Notes: generated by a model not told the origin, from the letters alone. A DNA stretch of 64,000 bases from an uncultured Bacteroidaceae bacterium (GCA_904501945.1 CAJGCU010000001.1:1639-65638), one strand, 5' to 3'. Numbered from the stretch's first letter, positions 1 to 11,917 are shown. Made by a program: numbers and translations.

Positions 1-809
1 TCAAAAAGTGATTCGTAGAATGTGCTGTATGCTTCTTTGAAATCATCTCCCTCTACGGGTTCAAGAACAGGCTTGTTGAGAGATTTTGCATATTCCATGA
101 TTGCAGAATCCGTATTGGAGTTTTCTATAATAACACCATCAGCAAACTTTACGCCAATCTTTACCAGTTCTGTGTGTCCGAACTTGTTTTCGCAGATATC
201 TTTAATGTCATCATGGCTAACATCTTTGTATTCTACGAATTTTGCATTTTCGGTACCAAGATCTTGCTCAAATTCTTTTGGCGAAGCTTCTATCACAACT
301 TTTGTGTCGCGGAATGAAGGTTCTTCGTTGTATGCTTTCTTGATGTAGAGTGGAGCAAGTGCAGCAGCCCATCCATGGCAATGGATAACATCAGGAACCC
401 AACGTAACTTTTTAACAGTTTCCAGTACGCCTCGTGCATAGAAGATAGCACGTTCGCAATTGTCTGTGTATTCTTTCCCGTCTTTATCCGTCAAAATGCC
501 GCGCTTCATGAAATAGTCATCGTTGTCGATGAAATAAATCTGCATTCGGGCAGAGGGTAGTGAGGCCACCTTAATGATGAGTGGATGATCGGTATCGTCA
601 ATGATAAGGTTCATTCCGGAAAGGCGAATGACCTCATGAAGTTGATTGCGACGCTCATTAATATTGCCCCATTTGGGAGAGAATGTTCTGATTTCGTGTC
701 CTTGCTCCTGAATGGATTGAGGCAAAATACGACCCTTCAGAGAACTTTCATTCTCTGCTACGAATGGTGCGATTCCTGTTGTAATAAATAGTACTTTTTG
801 GGCTTTCAT
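1..809 (-). CDS. glycogen/starch synthase-like glycosyltransferase (GT5 catalytic domain); 3' end runs off the window
   Basis: Absent from the ORF track because no stop lies in the window. Manual translation from ATG (807-809) gives MKAQKVLFITTGIAPFVAENESSLKGRILPQSIQEQGHEIRTF...VIHCHGWAAALAPLYIKKAY..., open through position 1. The HCHGW motif resembles HAHDW of GlgA. A TAACTTTG box lies upstream. Confidence 0.6.
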   Translation of the reverse strand, partial: MKAQKVLFITTGIAPFVAENESSLKGRILPQSIQEQGHEIRTFSPKWGNINERRNQLHEVIRLSGMNLIIDDTDHPLIIKVASLPSARMQIYFIDNDDYFMKRGILTDKDGKEYTDNCERAIFYARGVLETVKKLRWVPDVIHCHGWAAALAPLYIKKAYNEEPSFRDTKVVIEASPKEFEQDLGTENAKFVEYKDVSHDDIKDICENKFGHTELVKIGVKFADGVIIENSNTDSAIMEYAKSLNKPVLEPVEGDDFKEAYSTFYESLF

Positions 810-845
810 TTTGTGCAGCTTTTCGATAAAGTACGAAAAGTAATG

Positions 846-853
846 CAAAGTTA
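846..853 (-). promoter_or_regulatory. Bacteroidetes -7 promoter box TAACTTTG (TAnnTTTG)
   Basis: Plus strand reads caaagtta, 37 nt upstream of the ATG at 809. Confidence 0.45.
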
Positions 854-941
854 GTGAAAATCCGCGAAAAATCGTGATATTTTTGTTTTAATTAAGATTT
901 TAGCGGCTGGTTTTCACGTTCTTTGTGGTTGATTTGTAATT

Positions 942-1748
942 TTATGTTAGCGAGAAAGGACCTGTTGGTATTTTACGCCGTAGTACTTCGAGTTTGAAAT
1001 CTACGCCTGCTATGATTCCGTAACTGCGCAAGACCGATTCTAGTGTTTTGCGGGCAAGTTCAGGATGGTTGTTCTCTTCGCTGAGATGACAGAGCCATAC
1101 GTAGCTGAGTTTCTCGTGAAAATTTTCAGCCAATGCGTATGCTGTTTTCTTATTGGAAAGGTGTCCATGCCCGCTGGCAATACGTTCCTTTAGCATTTCA
1201 GGATAGCGTCCTTGTTTCAACATTTCTTCGTCGTAATTGGCTTCCAGAATGAGGTGTGTACTTTGGGAAATGTAGTATTTCACATTTTCTGTGACATCTC
1301 CTACATCGGTCATGACAGTAAAACGACACTCTCCAATTTCAATGTGGTAGCCTACGTTCTCTGATGCATCATGGGGAATGGTGAAAGGTGTAATGACAAA
1401 AGGAGCTATCTTGAACGTTTTGCCGGCCTCTATGTTTTGGCGATTTTCTATAGGGATCTTAACGGTGCTCTGCCAGTTCCTGTCCATTCCTTCATGAACC
1501 AGTTTGGTTGCATAGACGGGTATGGCATACTCTTTGCTAATTTTCCCTGTAGCCTTGGTGTGGTCAGCATGGTCATGAGTAACTATGATACCTCGTATTT
1601 TGCTGACTTTCAGTCCGTATTCTGTCAGATTTTTTTTGAATTGACGAATGCCAACGCCACAATCAATGATGATGGCGTCTGACTCTGTTGATAGATAGTA
1701 ACAATTGCCGCAACTGCCGCTCCCAAGGCTGAAAAATGTTATTTCCAT
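942..1748 (-). CDS. MBL-fold metallo-hydrolase
   Basis: 268 aa with ATG start. Carries the metallo-beta-lactamase motif THDHADH plus downstream His/Asp ligands. Confidence 0.8.
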   Translation of the reverse strand: MEITFFSLGSGSCGNCYYLSTESDAIIIDCGVGIRQFKKNLTEYGLKVSKIRGIIVTHDHADHTKATGKISKEYAIPVYATKLVHEGMDRNWQSTVKIPIENRQNIEAGKTFKIAPFVITPFTIPHDASENVGYHIEIGECRFTVMTDVGDVTENVKYYISQSTHLILEANYDEEMLKQGRYPEMLKERIASGHGHLSNKKTAYALAENFHEKLSYVWLCHLSEENNHPELARKTLESVLRSYGIIAGVDFKLEVLRRKIPTGPFSLT

Positions 1749-1823
1749 GCGATAAAGTCATAACTTGACATAGCTGAGAAGCTTTTTATCTTCCCAGCTA
1801 GGCCAAATGTCAGTTGCGTTATT

Positions 1824-3584
1824 TTATTCTTTAGGCAAATTAAGTGCAATAAAGTCTTCGTCAAGCTGTTTCTGATCCACAAAAGATGGGGCATCAAGCA
1901 TTACGTCTCGTCCGCTGTTGTTCTTAGGGAATGCAATGCAGTCTCGGATGGAATCAAGACCCGCAAATATGCTGACCCATCGGTCGAGGCCATAAGCCAA
2001 TCCTCCGTGTGGTGGGGCACCATACTTGAATGCATTCATCAGGAAGCCGAATTGTTCTTCGGCTTTCTCTGGCGTGAAGCCAAGTATTTCGAACATTTTA
2101 GCTTGTAGCTTGGGGTCGTGTATACGGATGGAGCCACCACCAACTTCAACACCGTTGCACACCATGTCGTAGGCGTCAGCACGAACTGCAGCAGGGTCAG
2201 AATCAAGCAGATGAACGTCTTCATCCATTGGGTGTGTGAAAGGATGGTGCATGGCCATCAAACGCTGTTCCTCTTCGCTCCATTCAAACATTGGGAACTC
2301 TGTTACCCACAGCAACGCGAATTTGTTCTTGTCGCGCAAACCAAGACGTTCACCCATTTCCAAACGAAGTTCACACAGCTGCTTACGTGTCTTCATGGCA
2401 TCGTCGCCGCTGAGGATGAGAATGAGGTCGCCAGGCTGGGCAGCCATCTTTTCCTTCAGTGCCTGAAGGTCTTCTTGTGTATAGAACTTGTCCACAGAGG
2501 ATTTCACGACGCCGTCTTCCTGTACACGAGCGTAAACAAGGCCTTTTGCACCAATCTGTGGTCGTTTTACCCATTCTGTCAATTTGTCAATGTCTTTTCT
2601 GGTGTATGAAGCACATCCTGCAGCACAGATTCCGCCTATGTATGCTGCATCATCAAATACAGCAAATGTGCCTTTCTTCAGTATGTCGTCCAGTTCGACA
2701 AATTCCATGCCAAAACGCATATCAGGCTTGTCGGAACCAAAGCGTTTCATACATTCAATCCATGGCAGGCGAAGGAAGTCTCCTTCTATTTCTACGCCTT
2801 TCAATTCCTTGAAAAGATGTTTTGCCATGCCCTCAAAAGTACTGATTACATCTTCTTGAGTGACAAATGACATCTCGCAGTCTATCTGAGTGAACTCAGG
2901 CTGCCGGTCAGCGCGCAAGTCTTCATCACGGAAACATTTTACAATCTGGAAATAGCGGTCAAATCCTGCAACCATCAGCAACTGTTTCAAAGTTTGAGGA
3001 GACTGTGGCAATGCGTAGAACTGACCAGGATTCATGCGTGACGGAACAATAAAGTCGCGTGCTCCTTCAGGGGTAGATCCAATGAGCATTGGAGTTTCCA
3101 CTTCAAGGAAACCGAGATTGGAAAGATAGTTGCGTACGGCAATGCAGAAATGGTGGCGCAGTTCAAGATTCTGGCGAACAGGATTGCGACGCAAATCAAG
3201 ATACCTGTATTTCATGCGCAGGTCATCACCGCCGTCAGAATTGTCCTCGATGGTGAAGGGAGGAGTGATAGACTCGTTGAGTACGGTCAGTTCAGACACT
3301 TCTATTTCAATATCTCCTGTAGGGATATTCTTGTTCTTGCTGTATCGTTCTGCGACAGTGCCTGTCACTTGAATGACAAACTCTCGTCCGAGTTTATTGG
3401 CGCGTTCACAAAGAGAAGCGTTTGTCTCCTCGTTAAATACCAACTGCGTGATGCCGTAGCGGTCGCGCAAATCAACAAAAGTCAACGCACCCATTTTTCT
3501 TGTGCGCTGTACCCATCCGGCAAGTGTTACCTGCTTGCCTGCATCAGAGAGTCTCAGCTCTCCATTTGTATATGTTCTGTACAT
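1824..3584 (-). CDS. aspS: aspartate--tRNA ligase
   Basis: 586 aa. N-terminal OB anticodon-binding domain and class II core motifs ([18 protein letters not shown]; GGGSIRIH; [13 protein letters not shown]). Confidence 0.97.
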   Translation of the reverse strand: MYRTYTNGELRLSDAGKQVTLAGWVQRTRKMGALTFVDLRDRYGITQLVFNEETNASLCERANKLGREFVIQVTGTVAERYSKNKNIPTGDIEIEVSELTVLNESITPPFTIEDNSDGGDDLRMKYRYLDLRRNPVRQNLELRHHFCIAVRNYLSNLGFLEVETPMLIGSTPEGARDFIVPSRMNPGQFYALPQSPQTLKQLLMVAGFDRYFQIVKCFRDEDLRADRQPEFTQIDCEMSFVTQEDVISTFEGMAKHLFKELKGVEIEGDFLRLPWIECMKRFGSDKPDMRFGMEFVELDDILKKGTFAVFDDAAYIGGICAAGCASYTRKDIDKLTEWVKRPQIGAKGLVYARVQEDGVVKSSVDKFYTQEDLQALKEKMAAQPGDLILILSGDDAMKTRKQLCELRLEMGERLGLRDKNKFALLWVTEFPMFEWSEEEQRLMAMHHPFTHPMDEDVHLLDSDPAAVRADAYDMVCNGVEVGGGSIRIHDPKLQAKMFEILGFTPEKAEEQFGFLMNAFKYGAPPHGGLAYGLDRWVSIFAGLDSIRDCIAFPKNNSGRDVMLDAPSFVDQKQLDEDFIALNLPKE

Positions 3585-3616
3585 ATCTTATAGATGTGTT
3601 ATATTATTTTCTTTTG

Positions 3617-3624
3617 CAAAGATA
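3617..3624 (-). promoter_or_regulatory. -7 promoter box TATCTTTG
   Basis: Plus strand reads caaagata, 33 nt upstream of the aspS ATG. Confidence 0.45.
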
Positions 3625-3783
3625 CGAAATTTTGAATAAATGTGAGAAAAAGGTTTGATTATATTTCTCAAATGAGGAAAAAAGATTTTTTTTATGTCTG
3701 TTAAATTCGCATTCCCGTTCAGGACAAGATTTGGGAATCGTGTACTTGAAAAATGGTGTTTCCCCAATCTGCATATTGGTATA

Positions 3784-3875
3784 GGGCGCATCCAATTTAC
3801 GTTATAGGGCACATCGTAATTACATAGCAGGGTGTATCGTAATAACGCTCTAGATTGTATCGATTATCTGAAAAA
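3784..3875 (+). repeat. tandem 23-bp repeat array (CGTAATTACG family), 4 units, last one weak
   Basis: Units are gggcgcatccaatttacgttata / gggcacatcgtaattacatagca / gggtgtatcgtaataacgctcta / gattgtatcgattatctgaaaaa. Phase is exactly 23 bp. Lies between the tamL-like stop and the aspS promoter. Confidence 0.8.
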
Positions 3876-3907
3876 ACATTGACCTTTGATTGGTGTGCTG
3901 TGTGCCC

Positions 3908-6211
3908 TTAGAAGGGCATACCTACAGCAAAGTGGAACGCGAAGTCGCGGTCAAAGTTGGGATGTGTGATAGGGTAGTGGCCTTTTCCTGTATAGGCCGG
4001 ATTTATGGCTTTCATGCCTGCATCGAAGCGGACAATGAAGAAGTTCGCGTCCATACGAAGGCCTATGCCATAGCTGACGGCAATTTGTTCGAGGAATGTG
4101 TTGAAACGGAATTCCCCGCCAGGCTGGTCCTTATATTCGCGTATGGTCCAAATGTTTCCAGCATCGACAAAGGCGGCTCCGCTGAATTTCCAGAATAGCT
4201 TGGTTCGATATTCGAGGCTAAGGTCCAGTTTGATGTCGCCAGACTGATTCAGAAAGTTGATTCCTTTGTCTTTCCCGTTGTATTTTCCTGGGCCTAACGA
4301 GCGTACTGACCATCCTCGTACGCTATTGGCTCCTCCTGCGAAATACCGTTTTTCAAATGGAAGCTGGTTGGAATTGCCATACGGGTAGGCTATGCCTAAT
4401 GCACCATGGAATGCCACAGAATTGTTTTTGTCAATACGGATACTTTTAGAATATTCAAAATCTCCTCGGATATATTGTGCAAAGGCAATTCCGCAGAAGG
4501 TGTATTGACCATTGCTGTTTCGCTTGCCGTTGGCAAGATGGGTTAAAGCATTCAAGACGTTGCCAGATGTCTCGATGTTGAATCTTATGGTATAAGCATT
4601 TTTTCCGAATGTCTGTTCTCTCGCGCCAAGCGAATTGTAAGTGTAGGTATATCCTAATTTTGTGATGAGCAGATTCTCATAATTATACTTTAAGATGGCG
4701 TTTGTTTTTCCAAGTGAGTCGAGATATTGTTCCTTGAAAGTCTTTGAAATCCAAGGCATATATACATAGTTCACCTCCAATAGGTCGAAACGGTGCTGGA
4801 TGTGTTGGCTTTTGCTGCTCCATTTGTAACGCCATGCAGCAGTGAGAACTCTTCTTTGAAACTCAGGACGGTTCTGCATATTATATTGCAGAGCAATTTC
4901 AGAGGAGGCATTGTGTAAAGTGCCCCATTCCCTTTTTACATATGGAAGCAAGAAAGCAGGGAAGCCTAATGTGGCCTCTGCTCCCAATTCTACGTAATTG
5001 TTACCGTCATAGCCCTCAAGTCCAGTGATAGCTTCGTAGGCACCTCTAATCTTGAATGTAAAAGTTTCTGAGCCTTTGAAGAGATTCTTGTTCTGGTATG
5101 ACGTGGAGACGGCTGCTCCAAGGTCGCCTGCAGAGTTTGTTGCTTCTACGTCAAATCCAAACGAATGCGGCTTTGCATGGTTTACTGTGATGTTGCAATC
5201 AATAGTGTCTGTGCCAGGGCGTTCAGCTATATTGATGCTTGAAAACGAAATGGCTGGCAGACGAGTATAGTTTGTGTATGTTCGTTTGAAATAGCTGTCA
5301 TTGTATAAATTGTTTGGACGTATCATCGTGTTGCTGATGAGCAAACGCTTTCTGAAGTGCTGTTGACCTTGGTGTAAAAAGTTGTACTCATGATGTTGTA
5401 CTGTATCAACAGGCTCATCAGCGGATGTGATATCAGTTAGAAAGTTTACGTTTCCAATCGTATATCGCTTGTGATTTGTTGCCGCCGTGCGTCCGTCACC
5501 TTGATGCAACTTTATTCTCATGAGAATGTCCACTTCTGTCGAATTGCGTGCTGTATCTGCACTGAAACGAACATCTTCTTTGTTGAATTTATAGTATCCG
5601 TTATTCCTTAAATAAGAGGCAATTCTGTTTCTTTCTGTATTCAAAGTGTTTACATCAAAGGAATTGCCAGACTTCAGAAGTGAACGGGCGGTATCTTCTA
5701 TTGTGATGAAGTGTCTCAGTCCTTCGTCTTCGACGACACGGTGGATGTTGCGGATAGTATAGCGCTTATTGGGATGTACATGGTAGAGAATTTTCATTTT
5801 TTTCCCGTTCTCAATCTTGATTTCATCTATATCAGCTTTCATATATCCTGCATTATTTAGCACTTGCCTGATGTCTTCCATCGTTTTTTGAGCCTTCTTG
5901 CTATCGTAAAGTACAGGTGCTTCTCCTAATTTACGAAAGAAATGGCAAATGTTTTTTGTTGTGTCAGTTCCTGAAAGTGTATAAATTTTCAATGGAACTT
6001 TTGCTCCAAACCATTTTGTATTTGTGTTTTGTGCCACATAGTCCCCTAACATGTATGTCTTCATTACTTCGTCTTCATCGCAAATCACTTTCACACCTGT
6101 CAACATATGTTTTCCTTCTGGAATATATCTATCTACAGAACATGCAACAATCGTCATGCTCAGCACTGCAAAAGTTATTAGCGTACGTATATGTGAAAGT
6201 TGGAATTTCAT
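3908..6211 (-). CDS. Omp85/BamA-family outer membrane protein with lipoprotein signal (TamL-like partner of TamB)
   Basis: Preferred start MKFQLSHIRTLITFAVLSMTIVAC|S has a lipobox. The C-terminal surface-antigen barrel shows GGANSVRGW and a terminal ...AVGMPF. A TACCTTTG box at 6233-6240 lies inside the longer ORF (to 6301), so the ATG at 6211 is favoured. Confidence 0.75.
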   Translation of the reverse strand: MKFQLSHIRTLITFAVLSMTIVACSVDRYIPEGKHMLTGVKVICDEDEVMKTYMLGDYVAQNTNTKWFGAKVPLKIYTLSGTDTTKNICHFFRKLGEAPVLYDSKKAQKTMEDIRQVLNNAGYMKADIDEIKIENGKKMKILYHVHPNKRYTIRNIHRVVEDEGLRHFITIEDTARSLLKSGNSFDVNTLNTERNRIASYLRNNGYYKFNKEDVRFSADTARNSTEVDILMRIKLHQGDGRTAATNHKRYTIGNVNFLTDITSADEPVDTVQHHEYNFLHQGQQHFRKRLLISNTMIRPNNLYNDSYFKRTYTNYTRLPAISFSSINIAERPGTDTIDCNITVNHAKPHSFGFDVEATNSAGDLGAAVSTSYQNKNLFKGSETFTFKIRGAYEAITGLEGYDGNNYVELGAEATLGFPAFLLPYVKREWGTLHNASSEIALQYNMQNRPEFQRRVLTAAWRYKWSSKSQHIQHRFDLLEVNYVYMPWISKTFKEQYLDSLGKTNAILKYNYENLLITKLGYTYTYNSLGAREQTFGKNAYTIRFNIETSGNVLNALTHLANGKRNSNGQYTFCGIAFAQYIRGDFEYSKSIRIDKNNSVAFHGALGIAYPYGNSNQLPFEKRYFAGGANSVRGWSVRSLGPGKYNGKDKGINFLNQSGDIKLDLSLEYRTKLFWKFSGAAFVDAGNIWTIREYKDQPGGEFRFNTFLEQIAVSYGIGLRMDANFFIVRFDAGMKAINPAYTGKGHYPITHPNFDRDFAFHFAVGMPF

Positions 6212-6232
6212 AGTCAAACGACAAATTGTTTG

Positions 6233-6240
6233 CAAAGGTA
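6233..6240 (-). promoter_or_regulatory. -7 promoter box TACCTTTG
   Basis: Plus strand reads caaaggta, 22 nt upstream of the ATG at 6211. Confidence 0.4.
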
Positions 6241-6366
6241 GTGTAAATCGAAGACAGAACAAAATAATTATTCGTTTTTTATGCCCTCTTTGTCGGAGCA
6301 TCCATAAAAAATGGAGCCATGCTTATGATTGCGGCAAGGCTCCATGTATTTATAATGGTGTGATGT

Positions 6367-7263
<897 letters not shown>

Positions 7264-7339
7264 TTAGAATTTATTTAGTTTGTTAGAGTTTTGTAGTTTT
7301 TTATCGTATGTTTTCTCAACGACTAATTTTCTCAGCAAC

Positions 7340-10300
7340 TCAATCGTCTTGTGTGACTCTCTTTTTTGTAAATGGTTTAATGATTTTTTTTGTTTTTTTC
7401 TCTTTTGACTTAAGGCGTTTGCGAATAGATTCAAAATCATGGCGCCATGAAAGACCTATTCCCTGTGTGTTGAGGGTGGCTTTGGTGAAGTATCTGTCGT
7501 TGGTTTGATTGTATGCTTTGAGATATAAGTTGCCATTTTGGCTCATGCGCCACTTGACTTCAAAGTCACCGATAAAATTGCCTTGGTCTGTGAGGGCATT
7601 GTCACGATAGCCGAAAGCCCCGTTGATAAGGAGTCTGTCATCGAAAAGCTTGCCTTCGAGCAACCCTTCTACGTCAAGGTCGTCCCATCCTTTTTCTCCA
7701 GTAGTGAGTGATGAACCAAAGTTCCAGTTTGCGTTAGTGCCAATCATATTGCTAAGCATCTGATTGATTTGTCCGCTGAGAGTAGAAGAAAGGAGAGAAT
7801 TCATGGCCTGTTCTGAATTATTGCCACCGTTGTTGCGTGCGTATTCGTTGGGATAGAAACGCCCGAGCCCCAACAGGTAAATCATTTGTGTGTTCATTTC
7901 TTCCTCAGAGTTAATCATCGAACGAACAAGTTGGCGCACTTCTTCACTTACGTTAGGAATATTCATGTCGAACTTGAAATCCATATTGCCCAATTTTCCA
8001 GTGATGTCAAGGATTCCGATGACTTTGACTTTGTTGTTTTGTGTAAAGGCCGTTGTGGACGTGAGGTCGCTAAGTGGAACGGAATTGATGGTGTGATGGC
8101 AAATAAGGTGTATGTTGGCATCGAAGGGATTGCCGTTGAATTCGACAAGTGAACCGGGTTGTAGAGCTAGGTCGCGGAATATAATGTCTTGCAGGTATAA
8201 TCTATAGAATCCAGAATTGATATTGTAGTTTCCAAACAATTGGAAAGTTCCTTTGTTATACCATTGAGCGGTTAGTTTTGCATGGCCAAATGTTCTCATG
8301 TAACCATCTTCAATGTTATCCATACGCAGTTTTACCTCGCAGTCTGGTGTCAGGTTAATGTCAAAGTTTATGTAAATGTCACTATTGTAATTTTTCTTTG
8401 CTTCTTTTACTATTGTGAGCGAGTCTTTTTCTGTATCTGTTTTCGTAGAAGAATATACATTTTTTATGTCAGAGTGAAATGTTTGTAACGAGTCGCGATC
8501 ACGGAATTCGATGAATGAATTTCCTGTAATGGCGTCGGGAGTTGCTGCATCATAAGCAAAAACAGAGCCTTTAGTTGGGGTGACGTTTGCGTTTACATAT
8601 AGCGGATGACCATCAGAACCACTGACAGTAAGCGTGCCATTAGCGAAAACAGTGGCAAGGAATTTATCGCTATTGAATTCGTGTTCGTCGTACGCAAGCA
8701 ATTCATGAAGGTTAACATGAAAGTCGTACTTGAAATTTTTCATGTTGCGATGTGTGACTTGCCCATTGAGAGTTGAACGATGCCCGAATCTGTCGTAGAT
8801 GCTGATATCTTTGAAATCAAACAGATAGGGCCGTAGATGAAGCGTGTCCCCTTCGATGTGGTAGGGCACATTAGTGGCACGCAGTCGAAGATTCATATGG
8901 GGTACGGCATCGCCAACGATGTTGACATCATTTAGTGGACCAATGATACTGATCGGACCTGTAACATATCCGTTCACTTCTTTGAAAATCCCCCCCAAAA
9001 ATCCGTGTATGAAAGAAGCGTTTGTGTTGTGTGTGCCGACATTTATCTGTATATCATTGCGTGCTGGAGATATCCAGCCATTCACGGTGGTAATACCTGT
9101 AATGTTCTTTTCTCGTCCTGTAAGTGCGTCAGGCACTCTATATAAGTCAACAATACGACCTTCTACAGAAATACCCTCTATTTTTTCGTCCCATTTAGCG
9201 GTGATGTTGGCATTACCTAGTGGCCCTTCTTGTATAGAAAGGTTTTCAACAGACAAGTTTGCATGGATGTTGGGTGTTCCTCCTGCCATGATGTTGTTGA
9301 AGATAGCTTGACCAGAAGCTTTACCTGCAAAATGTACAACGTTGAAATTGACAAGCGTCAGGATGTATTTGATTTCCAAATTCTTGAGTGTCGCAACAAG
9401 TGAATCAGAAGGCGATTCAGATGCTCGCCCATTTATAGACAAGAAGCTATTTGTATTATCGTTGGCAAACATGACTTGGTCGCATTCTAAACTCTGTTGG
9501 TAAAGCGAAATGCGAGAAGGTGAAATAGTCCATGTCGTATCGTTGATGACAGCATTTGATTTACGTAAAGTAATATCGGTTTTTGTGCTGCCTAAAGAAT
9601 CGCTGAATTGAATGACGGGAAGGAGTTGCATGGTAATGTTGTTCCGTCCAGCCGTATTGATGTACATATCACCATAAATGATATTGTTGTGTATGTCTGC
9701 TGTAAAATCAAGTTTTGTGGAAGAGGATGGTATTTCTTCATCATCACTTTCTTTATATGTAGAGGCGATAGCATGAACATTCATGTTGTCGGGAGTAGTG
9801 TTGCATACCAAAGCGATGTCATCATAGTCTTTTTCATTATAGCTAACACTTGGGGCATCAATATTGAGTGACATTTGTTCGTTGTCTGAACTCAAATTTC
9901 CAAACATTCTAACAGGTTTTTTCAAAGCGAATTTCGTGTCAGTTAAACTGTGTAGAACAGGAGCGTCTTTCACAGTAATTTCATAGGTGAAATCAGTTGC
10001 AGGTATGTTTTGTTTCTTTACCAGAATCGGTAAGTGGTGCGATAATTGATTAGTAAAGTTGGCAACTATATCAGCAAGCGATGCCTGTCCTTCAATGGAC
10101 GCAGTAAGAATTTCACTATTAATTGTATATAGACTTGTTTCATTTTCTTGTTTTTGGGCGTTAATGATAATGTCTTTTAATGAATAGTTATTCTCTTTCG
10201 TCTGTAGGTTGATGTCGTTAAATTTAATGTTGCCATATAGATGCTTGAAATCCTTGCCTCTCAACTGAGCAATGGCTTTCAGAGACAATTCTTCTTCCTT

Positions 10301-11881
10301 ATCAGTTTTGACAAGGTTGAGATTGTTAAAATGGATTTTATCCAAAGATAAATCAAGTTGAATGTCTTTGTGCGGTGCATCAATATAAATAATGTTTGCG
10401 CAGGATTTTAGATTCTCGTCATCGATGTCCACCATGCCTTTCATACCTGTTGGGTAGCTTTGTGCATCTATGCTGATATTATTATAATTGTAACCATTGT
10501 AAGCTATGTGATGAATTTTTCCTAAAGCTTTAGCTGAAGGAATTGCCTGTGTGGAAATCGTGTTATATACAACATCAAAGTTGAATGATGTTGTTCCCAA
10601 TCGTTTATCGTTTAGAATTTTACCAATGTGTACGCTATCTCCTGAAATGACGCCAGAAAGTATTTTGTTCGCATCATATATGATGTCATATTCAGCAGAA
10701 CCGATAGCTGTTTTGATATTTCCGTCTGAGAGAAACTCTTTATCTGAATTATATTTAATATTACCAGAGTATGTAATATCTTTGATATGATGGATTAGAC
10801 TATCTTTATAATTAGGAATGAAGGTGTTGACAATGTTGGGAATTTCTTCGTCTCTAAGATTTAAATATGATATGTGAGAATGGATTTCTCTAAGTTCTTT
10901 GTTGATGGGGCGGAAAATATCCATATTTGCTTTGAAGGTGATATTTTTCCCAGAATAGACATTGAAGTCTGGTACAGCAATTGTTTTCTCATTTCCAATG
11001 ACGCTGAAACTGAAATGAAAGGGTGTATTGAATGAATCCAGTTTCTTTTCAATGGATGCAAGGTCTTTGAGAACGATTGTTCCTGTAAGCGGGGTGCTGC
11101 GCAATGTGAATGTGCTGTCATTCTTAAAATGTTGAAAATCGACATTTAAGGAATCTATAGAGGCATGAGAATGGGGAAGTGATATGCTGAAATCTGTAAG
11201 GCGGGCTTGCTTGCTGTTTGCTGTTAGCTTAAAACGTGTATCATGAAGGGATAGTCCTGAATTGAGTTCGCTGGCTTGTAGGCGACGAACAGATATGTTG
11301 AGAGAGTCTTTCGAGAAGCTGCGTAAAGCTATATTCATACCACAATCATGTAGATGTATATGATTGGCGTCTAGAGTGTTAGGTCGTATCTTTTCAGATT
11401 TTATATCATAATTGATGTCTGCATGGCGAATAATGAAAGATCCTATTCGTAGGTTGATTGGAGAGGATTGTTCTTTCTGCTCGCTTGTGAAAGCATCAAT
11501 GACAAATTGGTAGTTAGGGGCACTTTCTGCTGTTTGTTTATAGAGCGTTACTTTAGTTCCGAATAGTTGCGCTGTCCCTATATCAATTTTTCCAGAAACT
11601 AAAGAAAAGAGATTTATGCTAGCCGATACTCTTGCTATGCTAGCCATAGGTTTTCCGTCTGGCTCGTAAATAGCCATATCGTTGACGATTATGCGATTAA
11701 GAAAACCAAGGTTGATGTTTCCGATTTCTACTTTTGATTTTAGCTCGTTGGACAATATATTAGCAGTCCAGTTTGCCAATTTATTTTGTATAAATGGCAA
11801 ACTGAACAAAAGGACAATAGCAGCATAGGTTGCGACAATTGTCCCTATAATGTTGACTAATATTTTTTCGAGGTTTTTCAA
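7340..11881 (-). CDS. tamB: translocation and assembly module protein TamB (AsmA-like, DUF490 C-terminus)
   Basis: 1513 aa. N-terminal membrane anchor ILVNIIGTIVATYAAIVLLFSL, a very long beta-rich body, and a C-terminal ...GNLYLKAYNQTNDRYFTKATLNTQGIGLSWRHDF. The start codon reads TTG (caa at 11879-11881) and no in-frame ATG precedes the anchor. Confidence 0.75.
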   Translation of the reverse strand: MKNLEKILVNIIGTIVATYAAIVLLFSLPFIQNKLANWTANILSNELKSKVEIGNINLGFLNRIIVNDMAIYEPDGKPMASIARVSASINLFSLVSGKIDIGTAQLFGTKVTLYKQTAESAPNYQFVIDAFTSEQKEQSSPINLRIGSFIIRHADINYDIKSEKIRPNTLDANHIHLHDCGMNIALRSFSKDSLNISVRRLQASELNSGLSLHDTRFKLTANSKQARLTDFSISLPHSHASIDSLNVDFQHFKNDSTFTLRSTPLTGTIVLKDLASIEKKLDSFNTPFHFSFSVIGNEKTIAVPDFNVYSGKNITFKANMDIFRPINKELREIHSHISYLNLRDEEIPNIVNTFIPNYKDSLIHHIKDITYSGNIKYNSDKEFLSDGNIKTAIGSAEYDIIYDANKILSGVISGDSVHIGKILNDKRLGTTSFNFDVVYNTISTQAIPSAKALGKIHHIAYNGYNYNNISIDAQSYPTGMKGMVDIDDENLKSCANIIYIDAPHKDIQLDLSLDKIHFNNLNLVKTDKEEELSLKAIAQLRGKDFKHLYGNIKFNDINLQTKENNYSLKDIIINAQKQENETSLYTINSEILTASIEGQASLADIVANFTNQLSHHLPILVKKQNIPATDFTYEITVKDAPVLHSLTDTKFALKKPVRMFGNLSSDNEQMSLNIDAPSVSYNEKDYDDIALVCNTTPDNMNVHAIASTYKESDDEEIPSSSTKLDFTADIHNNIIYGDMYINTAGRNNITMQLLPVIQFSDSLGSTKTDITLRKSNAVINDTTWTISPSRISLYQQSLECDQVMFANDNTNSFLSINGRASESPSDSLVATLKNLEIKYILTLVNFNVVHFAGKASGQAIFNNIMAGGTPNIHANLSVENLSIQEGPLGNANITAKWDEKIEGISVEGRIVDLYRVPDALTGREKNITGITTVNGWISPARNDIQINVGTHNTNASFIHGFLGGIFKEVNGYVTGPISIIGPLNDVNIVGDAVPHMNLRLRATNVPYHIEGDTLHLRPYLFDFKDISIYDRFGHRSTLNGQVTHRNMKNFKYDFHVNLHELLAYDEHEFNSDKFLATVFANGTLTVSGSDGHPLYVNANVTPTKGSVFAYDAATPDAITGNSFIEFRDRDSLQTFHSDIKNVYSSTKTDTEKDSLTIVKEAKKNYNSDIYINFDINLTPDCEVKLRMDNIEDGYMRTFGHAKLTAQWYNKGTFQLFGNYNINSGFYRLYLQDIIFRDLALQPGSLVEFNGNPFDANIHLICHHTINSVPLSDLTSTTAFTQNNKVKVIGILDITGKLGNMDFKFDMNIPNVSEEVRQLVRSMINSEEEMNTQMIYLLGLGRFYPNEYARNNGGNNSEQAMNSLLSSTLSGQINQMLSNMIGTNANWNFGSSLTTGEKGWDDLDVEGLLEGKLFDDRLLINGAFGYRDNALTDQGNFIGDFEVKWRMSQNGNLYLKAYNQTNDRYFTKATLNTQGIGLSWRHDFESIRKRLKSKEKKTKKIIKPFTKKRVTQDD

Positions 11882-11917
11882 GTGTTTTTATAACTTTAAT
11901 ACCTTGTTTTTCTGAGG

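Noticed and set aside
3588-3812. Small ORFs in long spacers: 3588-3812, 3604-3795, 47068-47286, 58605-58799, 58729-59043 and 62352-62588.
   Set aside because: They overlap promoter boxes, repeat arrays or terminators. Their sequences look non-protein-like, and they have no start context.
6212-6301. N-terminal extensions of the longest ORFs: tamL-like to 6301, amidase to 49291, the MG2-like protein to 51933, purH to 58541, glycine-zipper lipoprotein to 59656, GH25 from 59754, mreB to 57843, ribH to 12424 and araC to 39190.
   Set aside because: In most cases a TAnnTTTG -7 box lies inside the extension and/or the extension starts at TTG or GTG. The downstream ATG then gives a proper signal peptide, lipobox or canonical N-terminus.
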